NCBI GenBank assembly: GCA_024408655.1
Contig: JAKSUV010000004.1
Coordinates: 7,112 to 71,111, forward strand
Reading direction: 5' to 3'
Length of the DNA stretch: 64,000 nucleotides
Source of the DNA: Bacilli bacterium
GTDB taxonomy: Bacteria > Bacillota_I > Bacilli_A > RFN20 > CAG-826
Part shown: in pieces, positions 1-9,519 of the stretch
Layout of the letters: the number at the start of each line of letters is the position of its first letter
Position numbering within the stretch: position 1 is the stretch's first letter
Position numbers and translations under genes: made by a program
Notes under the pieces: model-generated
The model's input: the letters and a program-made list of their open reading frames with translations, nothing else
Told to the model about the DNA's origin: nothing
The model's database searches: none

Positions 1-990
1 ACCAAATAGGGCACCAAATTTTAAGATGTCATGGCCTGTTTCTTTTACTTTAACTAAGCGGTCCGCGCCTAATTCACGACCAACAATCACGCCCGCAGCG
101 ATCGCAATGCCAGTACTAAAAGAGCTCACGAGGTTTTGGGCCGTCATCATAAGCTGGTTTGCCGCGTTTAATTCGGTATCGTTAAATAAACCAATGACAA
201 CGACACCAGCAAGTGTCCCTAATCCCCAAAGGGTTTTACCAATAAAGACCGGCGCCATCAATTTGGACGAAGTTTTAAAGCGAGTAAAATCAGGATAAAA
301 AATCTTAACGAAGTGGGGCTGTACGACACATTTAGCACGGATGATAACGGTGGTGGCGATGAGTTCAGCAAAACGCGCAATCACGATTGATAAAGCGGCG
401 CCTAATGGTCCAAGGCGTAAGCCATATAAGAAAATGGAGTTAAGGATCACAACAAGTGATAATGTCGCAACCGCGATGATAGTTGCTTCTCGCTCTAAGC
501 GGGTATTTTTCACTAGTGAGTAATTCATCTTAATAGATGGAATAAATAGGAAGGAAATGCTAAAAATGCGTAAATAGTTAGCACCGATGCGAATGACCTC
601 TTCTTGACCGCTCTTGGCAAAGATCGCGATTAATTGTTCAGGAATCGCCATCGATAAAACAAAGAAAAGAACGCCAATAAAGATGGAAAGTTTTTGACAG
701 AAGTAAAAATCTTTCTCGACTTGGGGGATATCACCACGGCCATAGTGTTGGGAATAAAAAGTATTGCTAATAAATACGAGTGCCGACATGACAACATTAA
801 GGAACAAGAAGATTTGCGAAGCAAAACCAACCGCGGCAATGGTGTTTTCCGCTACGCCTGGATCAAGGGTTGGTCCAAGCATCAATGTGTTAATGGTGCC
901 GATTAAAACACCGATTAACTCAATAAAGGAAAATAAAAGAGTGAGTCTAATTAATTGGTTTCTAATTTTTTTATCAACGAATATATGCAT
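1..990 (-). CDS. MATE-family efflux transporter, N-terminal 330 codons (C-terminus runs off the window)
   Basis: Absent from the ORF track because it has no stop codon in the window. The reverse frame from ATG 990-988 is open for all 330 codons to base 1. It reads MHIFVDKKIRNQLIRLTLLFSFIELIGVLIGTINTLMLGP...SQHYGRGD...ANYLRIFSISFLF...LGPLGAALSIVIARF, a multi-TM pattern typical of MATE exporters. The short + strand ORFs listed here are antisense noise. Confidence 0.7.
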   Translation of the reverse strand, partial: MHIFVDKKIRNQLIRLTLLFSFIELIGVLIGTINTLMLGPTLDPGVAENTIAAVGFASQIFLFLNVVMSALVFISNTFYSQHYGRGDIPQVEKDFYFCQKLSIFIGVLFFVLSMAIPEQLIAIFAKSGQEEVIRIGANYLRIFSISFLFIPSIKMNYSLVKNTRLEREATIIAVATLSLVVILNSIFLYGLRLGPLGAALSIVIARFAELIATTVIIRAKCVVQPHFVKIFYPDFTRFKTSSKLMAPVFIGKTLWGLGTLAGVVVIGLFNDTELNAANQLMMTAQNLVSSFSTGIAIAAGVIVGRELGADRLVKVKETGHDILKFGALFG

Positions 991-1027
991 ATATTTATTT
1001 AACAAAGCGAGAGCTTGTATCCTTCCT

Positions 1028-2950
1028 TTACTGATTTTTTACTTTTGCAGTAACATCTGCGCCTAAAGACAATACATATTCGCCGTCATTAGCGGGCGAT
1101 GAAACGATTTCTGGTATTAAAGTGGCTACAATATTAACAGATTTGGTGCTACTTATTGGTGGAGGAAGTGTCAACTCTATATCTATGCCACCTTCATTAA
1201 ATATACTAGTTGAACCACTAGGAAGCCTACCTGCGATATCAATAATGAGGCAATTGTTATCATCGAAGGAGAATAAGGGGTGAGTATCACCGCTCGTCGC
1301 TGTCTTATCTTTAATCAATTCAATAATCGCGGCTTGTAATCCTTCTGCCTCTTTACTAGTTGGTATTTGACCTAAATATGCATCATTAAGCTTAAAAGCT
1401 ATTTTTCCTGCATCAGACGGCGATTGCAAAGTTGTGTCTAAAGTAATGAATGTGTCTTGGCCGTTAACATCTAAAGTAACGTAAGCATCCATTTTATTGG
1501 CTGCGTCAACTCCATTAAATTTAAAGTCCAAATCTTTAAGACCAAGATAGTTTATGCCATAATTTTCCGTATGTGTTTCGCTTATTCTTATCTTTTTAAA
1601 AATCGGTTTATTAAAACCAACAATATTGAGTTGTGAACAAAAAGCGCGGAGTGGTTTAGCAGGAATTTGGCATAACTCTCCCAACTCAATAGTGGCGGAG
1701 CCTATGTCTGCTAATTTTTGGAGTGCCGCAGTGTCATGGCAAAATTTATCTATCAAAATATCACTATCAAGTTTATCTTTGATTGATTGTTCTAATCCAG
1801 TGATAAAGGTGTCCCCTTCAGTTTTTGCGTTTACACGATATGGGCTGCCTTCATAATCTGCATAGTTTCCGTCAGTGATTATTTCTGAAACAGAAGACCA
1901 ATCAGTCACTTTTTCGCATACGTCCTTATATGATTCGTCAAAGCCGAAGACAAAGAAATTAAATAAATTAGGAATGTCGGTTTCCGACAAGGTGCTAATG
2001 TTGGCGGGATCATTAATAATGTTTAGCGTATAACCACGAGCGTCGTCAAATTTAAGATATTCTCTTGCGTACTTATCAGGACCTCCTATTTTTTCGGGAT
2101 AATGGATTAGGCTATATCCATATTCTTCTTTTGGTTGTTTTGAATCTAGATAAACTTTGACCCCGAGCCCATCGCTCGTTACTGGATCAAAAAGTTCTTC
2201 TAACTGCACTAATTCAATAAGAATGGACATCAAATCAATGGGAGCGTCTTCGTTGTTTTCTTTCTTACCAGAAATAATATTAACTAAATCGTTAATAAAG
2301 GTATGTCGGTCATAGGTGATTTCACCATGCTCTAAATCAGAATTAATATGAATACCAAAACCACTAAAGAAGTTATTTAGTTGTTCATCCGAGAAATATT
2401 TGGTGCCAAGTTTAAGCAGTGCATCCTCAATAAAATTAAGCAAAGGGACATGACCTAATTGAATTGTTTTTAATCTAAAAATAATATTGTCGCCTTTTTC
2501 GATAATTTCGGTTTTAACCTTAACACTAGTTTGGATAATGCTGTATTTAGCGTCGATACCAAAAGTATATTCTTTTCCATCGACCTGACAATAAAGTTGG
2601 GGGATATATTGTTGAACGTCCGTGGGGAAATATTGTTTCCGAACTAAACCTAACACTGAATTAAGTTCATCTTCACCGAGCTTTAATTCAACACGAGGAC
2701 AGTCCGCATCGGTCGTGTAATTAAGTGATTCATATAATTCATCATTAATGACTTCTTTTAAATCATTAATCTTTTGGACGTTACTTAAGTCCGCTCCAGG
2801 TTTCCAAGTCACTAAGAAACCTAAGATGAACGTTAGTGGTAACACTAAAAAGATGATTAAAAAGGAAATTAATATCTTTAAGCCAATATGCCGTTTTTTC
2901 TTTTTCGGCGCTTTGGTTTTTTCTTCCTTAACCGTTTCTTTTTTACTCAT
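1028..2950 (-). CDS. Hypothetical N-terminally anchored surface protein (640 aa), possibly with two YpmS/DUF2140-like modules
   Basis: Long ORF with a Lys-rich N-terminus followed by one TM helix (IGLKILISFLIIFLVLPLTFILGFLV). Related segments recur, IIFRLKTIQLGHVPLL and IAFKLNDAYLGQIPTS. I recognise no catalytic motif. Confidence 0.65.
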   Translation of the reverse strand: MSKKETVKEEKTKAPKKKKRHIGLKILISFLIIFLVLPLTFILGFLVTWKPGADLSNVQKINDLKEVINDELYESLNYTTDADCPRVELKLGEDELNSVLGLVRKQYFPTDVQQYIPQLYCQVDGKEYTFGIDAKYSIIQTSVKVKTEIIEKGDNIIFRLKTIQLGHVPLLNFIEDALLKLGTKYFSDEQLNNFFSGFGIHINSDLEHGEITYDRHTFINDLVNIISGKKENNEDAPIDLMSILIELVQLEELFDPVTSDGLGVKVYLDSKQPKEEYGYSLIHYPEKIGGPDKYAREYLKFDDARGYTLNIINDPANISTLSETDIPNLFNFFVFGFDESYKDVCEKVTDWSSVSEIITDGNYADYEGSPYRVNAKTEGDTFITGLEQSIKDKLDSDILIDKFCHDTAALQKLADIGSATIELGELCQIPAKPLRAFCSQLNIVGFNKPIFKKIRISETHTENYGINYLGLKDLDFKFNGVDAANKMDAYVTLDVNGQDTFITLDTTLQSPSDAGKIAFKLNDAYLGQIPTSKEAEGLQAAIIELIKDKTATSGDTHPLFSFDDNNCLIIDIAGRLPSGSTSIFNEGGIDIELTLPPPISSTKSVNIVATLIPEIVSSPANDGEYVLSLGADVTAKVKNQ

Positions 2951-3004
2951 ACAGATACGATATTTAATTATACCACCTGTTATATATTATATAATACTCA
3001 TGTA

Positions 3005-3904
3005 ATGATTACGCCTTTTTATAAGATCACCTATAGTTACCAAAATAAGCGGAAGTGTCTTTACGTTAAAGATGAGTCTCGCCAAGTAACGGGTTCAATT
3101 AAATATCGTCCTGCGACTTATATGGTCCGAAAAGCTTACGAATTAAAACTTATTGATGCCTCATCAACCCTAGTTGAAGTCACCAGTGGCAATATGGGTA
3201 TCGCTTTAGCCAAAGTTGCTAAAGACCTCGGCAATAAATTAGTTATTTATATGCCCGTGGACGCTAGTAAAGAAAGAAAAAAGATGATTACTGATCTTGG
3301 TGCAAAGCTCGTACTCGTCAAAGACTTCGCTGATGGTTTAACGAAGGCGAGTCAACATAAAGACGCTTATTATCTTCGCCAATTTGAAAATCAATATAAC
3401 GCGGACGCTTATGTCGCCTTTGCCCAAGAAATGGAATTTAAATTAAAAAAATATCCAGCCTTTGTTGCTAGTGTTGGTACCAGTGGTACCTTAATGGGGA
3501 CTGGTAGTTACTTAAAACGAAAATACCAAAGTAAGATTATCGCGGTGGAACCAAGTGAATCCCTTCTTTTCTCAACCGGTGTGAGTCATGGTCCACACGG
3601 GATTGCGGGTGTGGCGGATGGCTTTATCCCAAAAATCTATAAGAAAGATTTAGTGGATCAAGTCATTAGTGTAAGTACTGATGACGCGATTGCGATGGCG
3701 CAAAAACTCCGCGATGTCTTAAAGCTTGAGATTGGAATCTCAAGTGGAGCGAACTTTTTAGGCACGGTGTTAAGTGAAATCAATCACGCGGTGACTGTTT
3801 TCCCCGACCGGATGAACCGTTATTATTCCACGCGGCTCTTTAAAGAAAAAGTTTATTCCCGTTTAGTGGAATCTATTACCTTAGAAAAAATCGAAAAATT
3901 ATAA
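3005..3904 (+). CDS. PLP-dependent cysteine synthase (CysK/CysM) family protein
   Basis: Motifs GSIKYR (PLP-lysine region), TSGNMGIALA and GTSGTLMGTGSYLK. I chose ATG 3005 because the longer ORF from 2888 overlaps the upstream gene and translates as Phe-rich junk. A TATAAT box lies at 2990-2995. Confidence 0.7.
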   Translation: MITPFYKITYSYQNKRKCLYVKDESRQVTGSIKYRPATYMVRKAYELKLIDASSTLVEVTSGNMGIALAKVAKDLGNKLVIYMPVDASKERKKMITDLGAKLVLVKDFADGLTKASQHKDAYYLRQFENQYNADAYVAFAQEMEFKLKKYPAFVASVGTSGTLMGTGSYLKRKYQSKIIAVEPSESLLFSTGVSHGPHGIAGVADGFIPKIYKKDLVDQVISVSTDDAIAMAQKLRDVLKLEIGISSGANFLGTVLSEINHAVTVFPDRMNRYYSTRLFKEKVYSRLVESITLEKIEKL

Positions 3905-3918
3905 CGATTAATTAAACT

Positions 3919-4893
3919 ATGTCTTTATTAATGATTGTCATTCTTTCACTCATTGGTTTACTGGTTGTTTTAGCGTTAATGCTACTATTAACTAGCAAAA
4001 TTACCGCGAAAGTCTTTAAGCACCGGGCGGATGGTGATGTTCGTTATGCCTTTATGCTTAAAGAAGATTTTCCGCAATTAGTAAAAAAACCAGTAAGCAT
4101 AGTGAACGCAAAGAAGACGAGACTTAATGGGGCAGTCTTTTATTATCCAAAGCGTAAACATCTTGGGGTGATTATTTTTTATCACGGCTTATTTAGCGGA
4201 TATCTTAATTATCTCCAATTAATTGATTATTTCGCTCAACACGATTATATCGTGGTGGCCTTTGATTTTACCGCCAGTATGTCGAGTGGCGGTAAACATA
4301 TTGGTGGCTTAGCTATTAGCGAAATTGACGCGATGGCGATTATTCGATTCGCACTAAATCATCCGGAGTTAAAAGATTATCCACTTTATACAGTCGGTCA
4401 TTCTTGGGGCGCTCATACGGCGTTAACTTCGTTACTCTTAAGCGAAAAAATTAAAAAAGCGGTCGCGTTTAATCCGTTTAATTCCGATGTTGATGCCGCG
4501 TATTCTTTTTCACCGTTTTTTAAAGTATTAACCCCGTTTATTTATCTAAATAATTTGTTCCGCTTTGGCTATACCGCGACTTATAAAGTGACGGACGCTT
4601 TAAAGTATAGTGAGGCGGATAAACTAATTATCACCAGCGGAAAAGACCGAAATGTTAAAGAGGCCTACGGTTATAAGAAATTTAAAAAGATTAATGATAA
4701 ACATTTAACCTTACGTTATCTAAAAGAGGCGACTCACTTTACCTATATGGGTAACGATGGGGCGGAACATTTCACGAAAGAAATTGCCTTCCCACACCGT
4801 GGTCCAATTGATTTTACCAAGATTGATTACCAAAAAATTAACACGCTTAATTTATCACTATTAGATGAAGTGATAGCCTTCTTAAAGAAATAA
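3919..4893 (+). CDS. Membrane-anchored alpha/beta hydrolase
   Basis: N-terminal TM helix and a GxSxG nucleophile elbow (VGHSWGAH). Confidence 0.7.
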   Translation: MSLLMIVILSLIGLLVVLALMLLLTSKITAKVFKHRADGDVRYAFMLKEDFPQLVKKPVSIVNAKKTRLNGAVFYYPKRKHLGVIIFYHGLFSGYLNYLQLIDYFAQHDYIVVAFDFTASMSSGGKHIGGLAISEIDAMAIIRFALNHPELKDYPLYTVGHSWGAHTALTSLLLSEKIKKAVAFNPFNSDVDAAYSFSPFFKVLTPFIYLNNLFRFGYTATYKVTDALKYSEADKLIITSGKDRNVKEAYGYKKFKKINDKHLTLRYLKEATHFTYMGNDGAEHFTKEIAFPHRGPIDFTKIDYQKINTLNLSLLDEVIAFLKK

Positions 4894-5658
4894 TTATTTC
4901 TTCGGTAAATATTTTTGACCTTTTTTAATCGCCATTAATTCGAATTGGTCGATATCTTTTTCTTTTAAAAGTTTTTGGTCTTCTTTACTTAACTTTATTT
5001 GCTTAAATAAATCGGGCCGATATTTTTTCGTTAATTTTAGTTGTTGTTTCCGGTAATAACGATTAATCACTTTGTGATTACCCGAATATAAGACGAGCGG
5101 AACTTTATCACCTTGATAATCATAAGGTTCAGTGTATTGCGGATATTCAAGTAAATTATCGTTAAAGGATTCGTGCGTTAAAGAATCATCGGCGATAGCG
5201 CCTTTTAGTAAACGAATCACACTATCGCTAATCGCCATACTCGCCACTTCGCCACCCGTTAAAATATAATCCCCAATTGAGATTAATTCATCAACGTATT
5301 TATTGACCCGCTCATCAACTCCTTCATAGTGGCCACAGATAATAGTGATACTAGGAAGTTTCGCTAATTGAGCGGCCTTCTTTTGGCTATATCTTTCTCC
5401 GCGTGCGCACGTTAATATAATATGCGAGTGTTTCGCGTGTTTTTTTAAGGCGTCAACAATGGGTTGACATTTCATGACTAAACCCGCGCCACCAGAAACC
5501 GGCGGAGTATCAACTCGACCATATTTATCTTTGGTAAAATCACGAATGTTAATAATGTTAATTTCGACAACTTTTTTCTTAATCGCACGCTTAATAATTG
5601 AGTTAGTTAAAAAACCATCAAACATTTCTGGGAACAAAGTTAAGATATTTATTTTCAT
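4894..5658 (-). CDS. trmD: tRNA (guanine37-N1)-methyltransferase
   Basis: MKINILTLFPEMF..., GGAGLVM and YEGVDERV...GDYILTGGE are classic TrmD motifs. The gene sits downstream of rimM. Confidence 0.92.
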   Translation of the reverse strand: MKINILTLFPEMFDGFLTNSIIKRAIKKKVVEINIINIRDFTKDKYGRVDTPPVSGGAGLVMKCQPIVDALKKHAKHSHIILTCARGERYSQKKAAQLAKLPSITIICGHYEGVDERVNKYVDELISIGDYILTGGEVASMAISDSVIRLLKGAIADDSLTHESFNDNLLEYPQYTEPYDYQGDKVPLVLYSGNHKVINRYYRKQQLKLTKKYRPDLFKQIKLSKEDQKLLKEKDIDQFELMAIKKGQKYLPKK

Positions 5659-6155
5659 AACATTCCTTCAATTAATTTTACCTTAATTACTTTATCGGTT
5701 AAGTTAACACCTAAGATAAACGCTTCCACAAACGGAATATCAAATTGGCGGTGATCCGCGCTTTCGCAGCGAAGTAAATAATGAGCCGGTAAAGCAATAA
5801 CCGCTCTTACTTCACCAACAATCTGGTTGTTATCTTTGACTTTTAAGCCAACTAAATCACTTAAGTGATAATAACCATCAGGAAGCTTTGCGTCTTCTTT
5901 CTTTACATATAGTTCTTTACCAATTAATGAACTCACTAATTTCACATCTTGGTAATCTTTAAAAGAAACCACATCAAATTCCGCGTAATGATAAAAGGAA
6001 GCAACGACTAATGGACGATATTCGTTATTTTCACGGTAATAAACCGTATTACCAGTTTGGTAACGTAAAAAAGCGAAGTCGGTGTGTGAAAACACTTTGA
6101 CTTCGCCTTTTAAACCTTTTGGTTTACTAATTTTACCAAGTAAAAGGTAACCCAT
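5655..6155 (-). CDS. rimM: 16S rRNA processing protein RimM
   Basis: LGKISKPKGLKGEVKV N-terminus, in the conserved rpsP-KH-rimM-trmD order. Confidence 0.85.
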   Translation of the reverse strand: MGYLLLGKISKPKGLKGEVKVFSHTDFAFLRYQTGNTVYYRENNEYRPLVVASFYHYAEFDVVSFKDYQDVKLVSSLIGKELYVKKEDAKLPDGYYHLSDLVGLKVKDNNQIVGEVRAVIALPAHYLLRCESADHRQFDIPFVEAFILGVNLTDKVIKVKLIEGML

Positions 6156-6445
6156 TACTTCGCTTCGTTAGTAGTGGGGGATGTAGTATCTACTTTTCCT
6201 TTATTGGCAATATCTTCAAAATGAAGATGGACAAACTTATTGTCTTCTTTACCAGCGATGTTAATCGTTTCGCGTAAGGCATTCGCGATCACACCGTGTT
6301 TACCAATTAAACGACTCACATTGTCGTTATCGGCATAAATATAAATCGTAATATCTCTTTCTTCTTCTTTAAGTTCGATTTCGACTTTACTTGGATCAGT
6401 CACAATCGCATCAATGAAAGAATGAATAACTGCTTTATAATCCAT
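6155..6445 (-). CDS. KH-domain RNA-binding protein (YlqC family)
   Basis: RLIGKHGVIANALR contains the GxxG KH motif. The position between rpsP and rimM is conserved. Confidence 0.75.
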   Translation of the reverse strand: MDYKAVIHSFIDAIVTDPSKVEIELKEEERDITIYIYADNDNVSRLIGKHGVIANALRETINIAGKEDNKFVHLHFEDIANKGKVDTTSPTTNEAK

Positions 6446-6447
6446 AA

Positions 6448-6894
6448 TTACTTAGCCTCCTTATTTTCGGTTGCTGGAGTAGCAGGGGCATCCGCTTTTG
6501 GGGTTTCCGCCTTTGGCGCTTCAGTTGGTTTCGCTTCCACCTTTGGCATAGGAGCGGGTTTTACTTTCTTAACTTTGGGTTTTGCGGGACGGTCAAACTT
6601 ATTCTTTTTGACGGTCTTGCTCTTTTTATGGCTTGGACCTTTGCTCGCGTTATATTTAGCAATCACACCAAGAGAAGTTAATAGCGTCTTAATGGAATCG
6701 CTTGGTTGGGCACCGCTTTTAAGCCACTTCATGGCTAACTCTTCGTTAATTTCGGCTTTCCCGGTGGTAGGATTAAAACGACCAATTTGTTCGATGTAGC
6801 GACCATCACTCGCATAGCGAGAATCGGCAGCGACAATCCGGAAGTAGGGGTCGTTATGGCGACCTAAACGCGCCATTCTTAATTTAACTGACAT
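6448..6894 (-). CDS. rpsP: 30S ribosomal protein S16 with a long Lys/Ala/Pro-rich C-terminal tail
   Basis: MSVKLRMARLGRHNDPYFRIVAADSR is the S16 signature. The protein is 148 aa, against about 90 aa for a typical S16. Confidence 0.92.
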   Translation of the reverse strand: MSVKLRMARLGRHNDPYFRIVAADSRYASDGRYIEQIGRFNPTTGKAEINEELAMKWLKSGAQPSDSIKTLLTSLGVIAKYNASKGPSHKKSKTVKKNKFDRPAKPKVKKVKPAPMPKVEAKPTEAPKAETPKADAPATPATENKEAK

Positions 6895-7030
6895 AGATCT
6901 CTCCTTGTTGTTTCGATGAATAATATCCTACCCTAAATTATCAAAGTGTCAAGTAAAAATACTTAACAGTCTCAATATTACCCTTCTTGCGATAGTAGAG
7001 TATAATGAACTTGTTTGTGAGGAAGACTCT

Positions 7031-9337
7031 ATGTTAGAAATTAATCATTTATGTAAATCGTATAAATCAAAAAGTGGTGCGAGTGTCAAAGCGCTTGATG
7101 ATATTTCGTTAAAATTTCCGAAGACGGGAATGGTATTTATTCTTGGTAAATCGGGCTCAGGCAAATCAACTTTGTTAAACGTTCTCGGTGGACTCGATTC
7201 GTTTGATAGTGGTGAGTTCTACGTAAAAGGAACGCCCGTTCATAACTTTAAACAAAATAAATTTGATAGTTATCGTAATACTTATGTTGGTTTTATTTTC
7301 CAAGAATACAATATTCTTGATGAATTTACCGTTGGCCAAAATATCGCGTTAGCGATGCAACTACAAAACCAAAAGCCGACGAGTGAGGCCATTAATAAAA
7401 TTTTAGCGGATGTGGATCTTGATGGTTTAGGTGATCGGAAACCAAATGAGTTGTCCGGCGGACAAAAGCAAAGAGTCGCGATCGCTCGGGCTCTTATTAA
7501 GAATCCCCAAATCATTATGGCTGATGAACCAACCGGTGCGCTTGATAGTAAAACCGGGATCCAAATCTTTGATGTGCTTAAGAACTTATCAAGAGAACGG
7601 CTAGTCATTATCGTGTCGCATGACCGCGAATTCTCCGAAAAATACGCGGACCGGATTATCGAAATTAAAGATGGTCAAGTGTTAAGCGATGTCTCTTGTG
7701 CGAGTGGGAAACGCGTTCCAGTACAAGAGAATGTTATTTATCACGCGAACGAAATTACGGTTAAGAAGAACTATGTTCTTACCCAAAAAGATTTAAAAGA
7801 AATTAATGAATATCTTAAACACCAAAAAGCCAACTTAACGATTAAGTCGGGTAAGACCGATGACTATAAAGGCGCGGGTAAAGGCCGGTTTACCAAAACC
7901 GATGAAAGTAAAATTGTTACCGATAAATCGGGCTTTACTTTGATCAAATCAAAACTACCATTAGGTCGGGCATTTAAAATGGGCACTAGTGGTTTAAAAC
8001 ACAAAAAGTTTAAATTAGTGATGACCATCTTCCTTTCATTGATTTCCTTTAGTCTTCTTGGTATGTCAATTTCGATTGCGTTAGCAACACCCCAAAGCGC
8101 AACGCAAAACGCATTATACGATTCCTATATTAACTTTGCCTCATTTAATAAAGAGTTTTATGACGCAAAAAATAAAAACGTCTATTATGACCCCATTGGT
8201 TTTGATGATAGCGATTTAGAAGTTATTAAAAAAGAAACCGGCTGCCTTACAATCCCCGTTTATGAAACCGGATACGGAGTTAGTTCAGACGATGTTGATG
8301 AAGGGCCATTGCGCCAGCACGAAGCATATGTTTCTGAGTTTTCTGGATATGTACTATTAAACGATGATTTAAAAGGGAAATTCACCTATGTTCCGGGTGG
8401 TAAAGACCCAACAAATGAAAATGAAATAGCAATTCCTGATTATTTAGCGTGGTCATATGCTGACTATGGGAAAGGCGGTTTAGAACAGATAAAAGAGCCG
8501 GCCGAACTCGTTAATCAAAAAATTCACCTTGATAAAGAATACACTGTTACTGGAATTATTGATACTGGTTTTGATTTTTCAATCGGTAGATATGCTGACA
8601 TTCGTAAGCATGCCTGGAATGATCCGTATTCAGCTGAAATATCAGTGATGATGAATGAACTTTATTCATTTAAACAGTGTTCAATCGATGCATGTGTACT
8701 TGTAACCCAGCATTTACAGTATGCTACTCAAAAGGTGGTCCGTGTTGTCGCACCTTTTGATACGACCGATAAATCATTAATTAAAAAAGTCGTGAATTTC
8801 TCGTATGATCATTTGGCCTTGAGTGAAGCTGAGAAGGCTATACCAGAGCTATCAGAAGCCACCTATCGTCGTCTAGTGTTAAGTGATTATATTTCACAAG
8901 GAGTTCGGATGGCTTTTAACACGATGCAAGTCCTTACCCAAGTTTTCTTATATGTTGGTTTAGCCTTTGTCGTGTTCTCGGGTTTACTCTTAGCGAACTT
9001 CATCTCTAATTCAATTACTTACCAGAAAAAGGAAATTGGTATCTTGCGGGCGATTGGTTCAAGAAGCGCAGACGTCTTTAAGATTTACTTTGCTGAATCC
9101 TTCGTGATTGCGACGATTAACTTCATCTTATCAGCGGTGGCCTCTTGGGCTATCATGACTTTCGCCATTAACCCAAACATTAGTGCCGCTATCGGCGGAT
9201 TCTCTATCTTTAGTTTTGGTATTATACCAATCCTTGTTGTCTTTGGTGTCTCCTATCTTTCCGCTTTCGCGGCCACTTATCTACCGGTTAAACATATTGC
9301 TCGTAAACGTCCGATTGAAGCAATTCGCAATAAGTAA
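7031..9337 (+). CDS. Fused ABC ATP-binding / FtsX-type permease (MacB-like)
   Basis: Walker A GKSGSGKST, signature LSGGQKQR and Walker B IIMADEPT. These are followed by a TM helix, a large extracytoplasmic domain and C-terminal FtsX-like TM helices. Confidence 0.85.
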   Translation: MLEINHLCKSYKSKSGASVKALDDISLKFPKTGMVFILGKSGSGKSTLLNVLGGLDSFDSGEFYVKGTPVHNFKQNKFDSYRNTYVGFIFQEYNILDEFTVGQNIALAMQLQNQKPTSEAINKILADVDLDGLGDRKPNELSGGQKQRVAIARALIKNPQIIMADEPTGALDSKTGIQIFDVLKNLSRERLVIIVSHDREFSEKYADRIIEIKDGQVLSDVSCASGKRVPVQENVIYHANEITVKKNYVLTQKDLKEINEYLKHQKANLTIKSGKTDDYKGAGKGRFTKTDESKIVTDKSGFTLIKSKLPLGRAFKMGTSGLKHKKFKLVMTIFLSLISFSLLGMSISIALATPQSATQNALYDSYINFASFNKEFYDAKNKNVYYDPIGFDDSDLEVIKKETGCLTIPVYETGYGVSSDDVDEGPLRQHEAYVSEFSGYVLLNDDLKGKFTYVPGGKDPTNENEIAIPDYLAWSYADYGKGGLEQIKEPAELVNQKIHLDKEYTVTGIIDTGFDFSIGRYADIRKHAWNDPYSAEISVMMNELYSFKQCSIDACVLVTQHLQYATQKVVRVVAPFDTTDKSLIKKVVNFSYDHLALSEAEKAIPELSEATYRRLVLSDYISQGVRMAFNTMQVLTQVFLYVGLAFVVFSGLLLANFISNSITYQKKEIGILRAIGSRSADVFKIYFAESFVIATINFILSAVASWAIMTFAINPNISAAIGGFSIFSFGIIPILVVFGVSYLSAFAATYLPVKHIARKRPIEAIRNK

Positions 9338-9392
9338 AGTAAAAATTTGTGTTTAGTTCATAGATAGTGCTATCATAACTAGGCACATTCTT

Positions 9393-9468
9393 GGGGCAGT
9401 AGCTCATCTGGGAGAGCGCATCGTTCGCAACGATGAGGTAGCGGGTTCGATCCCCGTCTGCTCCACCA
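9393..9468 (+). tRNA. tRNA-Ala (anticodon CGC)
   Basis: 76-nt cloverleaf folded by hand. The acceptor stem GGGGCAG/CTGCTCC carries the G3:U70 Ala identity pair. Anticodon loop is TTCGCAA, T-loop TTCGATC, and CCA is encoded. Confidence 0.9.
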
Positions 9469-9482
9469 AGAAAACGAAAAAT

Positions 9483-9507
9483 AACAGCAAATATTGCTGT
9501 TTTTTTA
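9483..9507 (+). terminator. Intrinsic terminator after tRNA-Ala
   Basis: Hairpin aacagcaa/ttgctgtt followed by a T-run. Confidence 0.55.
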
Positions 9508-9519
9508 TGTAATAAAAAC

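Noticed and set aside
2888-3004. Long N-terminal extensions proposed by the ORF track. These are 2888 for the cysK-like gene, GTG 15281 for GPH1, 22688 for NahK-like, 26900 for RQC-like, TTG 27363 for recG, TTG 32242 for plsX, TTG 44950 for yigZ, TTG 50566 for DUF1846 and 39329 for the membrane protein.
   Set aside because: The extensions overlap upstream genes, terminators or TATAAT boxes, and they encode non-conserved junk such as MPFFLFRRFGFFFLNRFFF. Conserved family N-termini begin at the downstream ATG.
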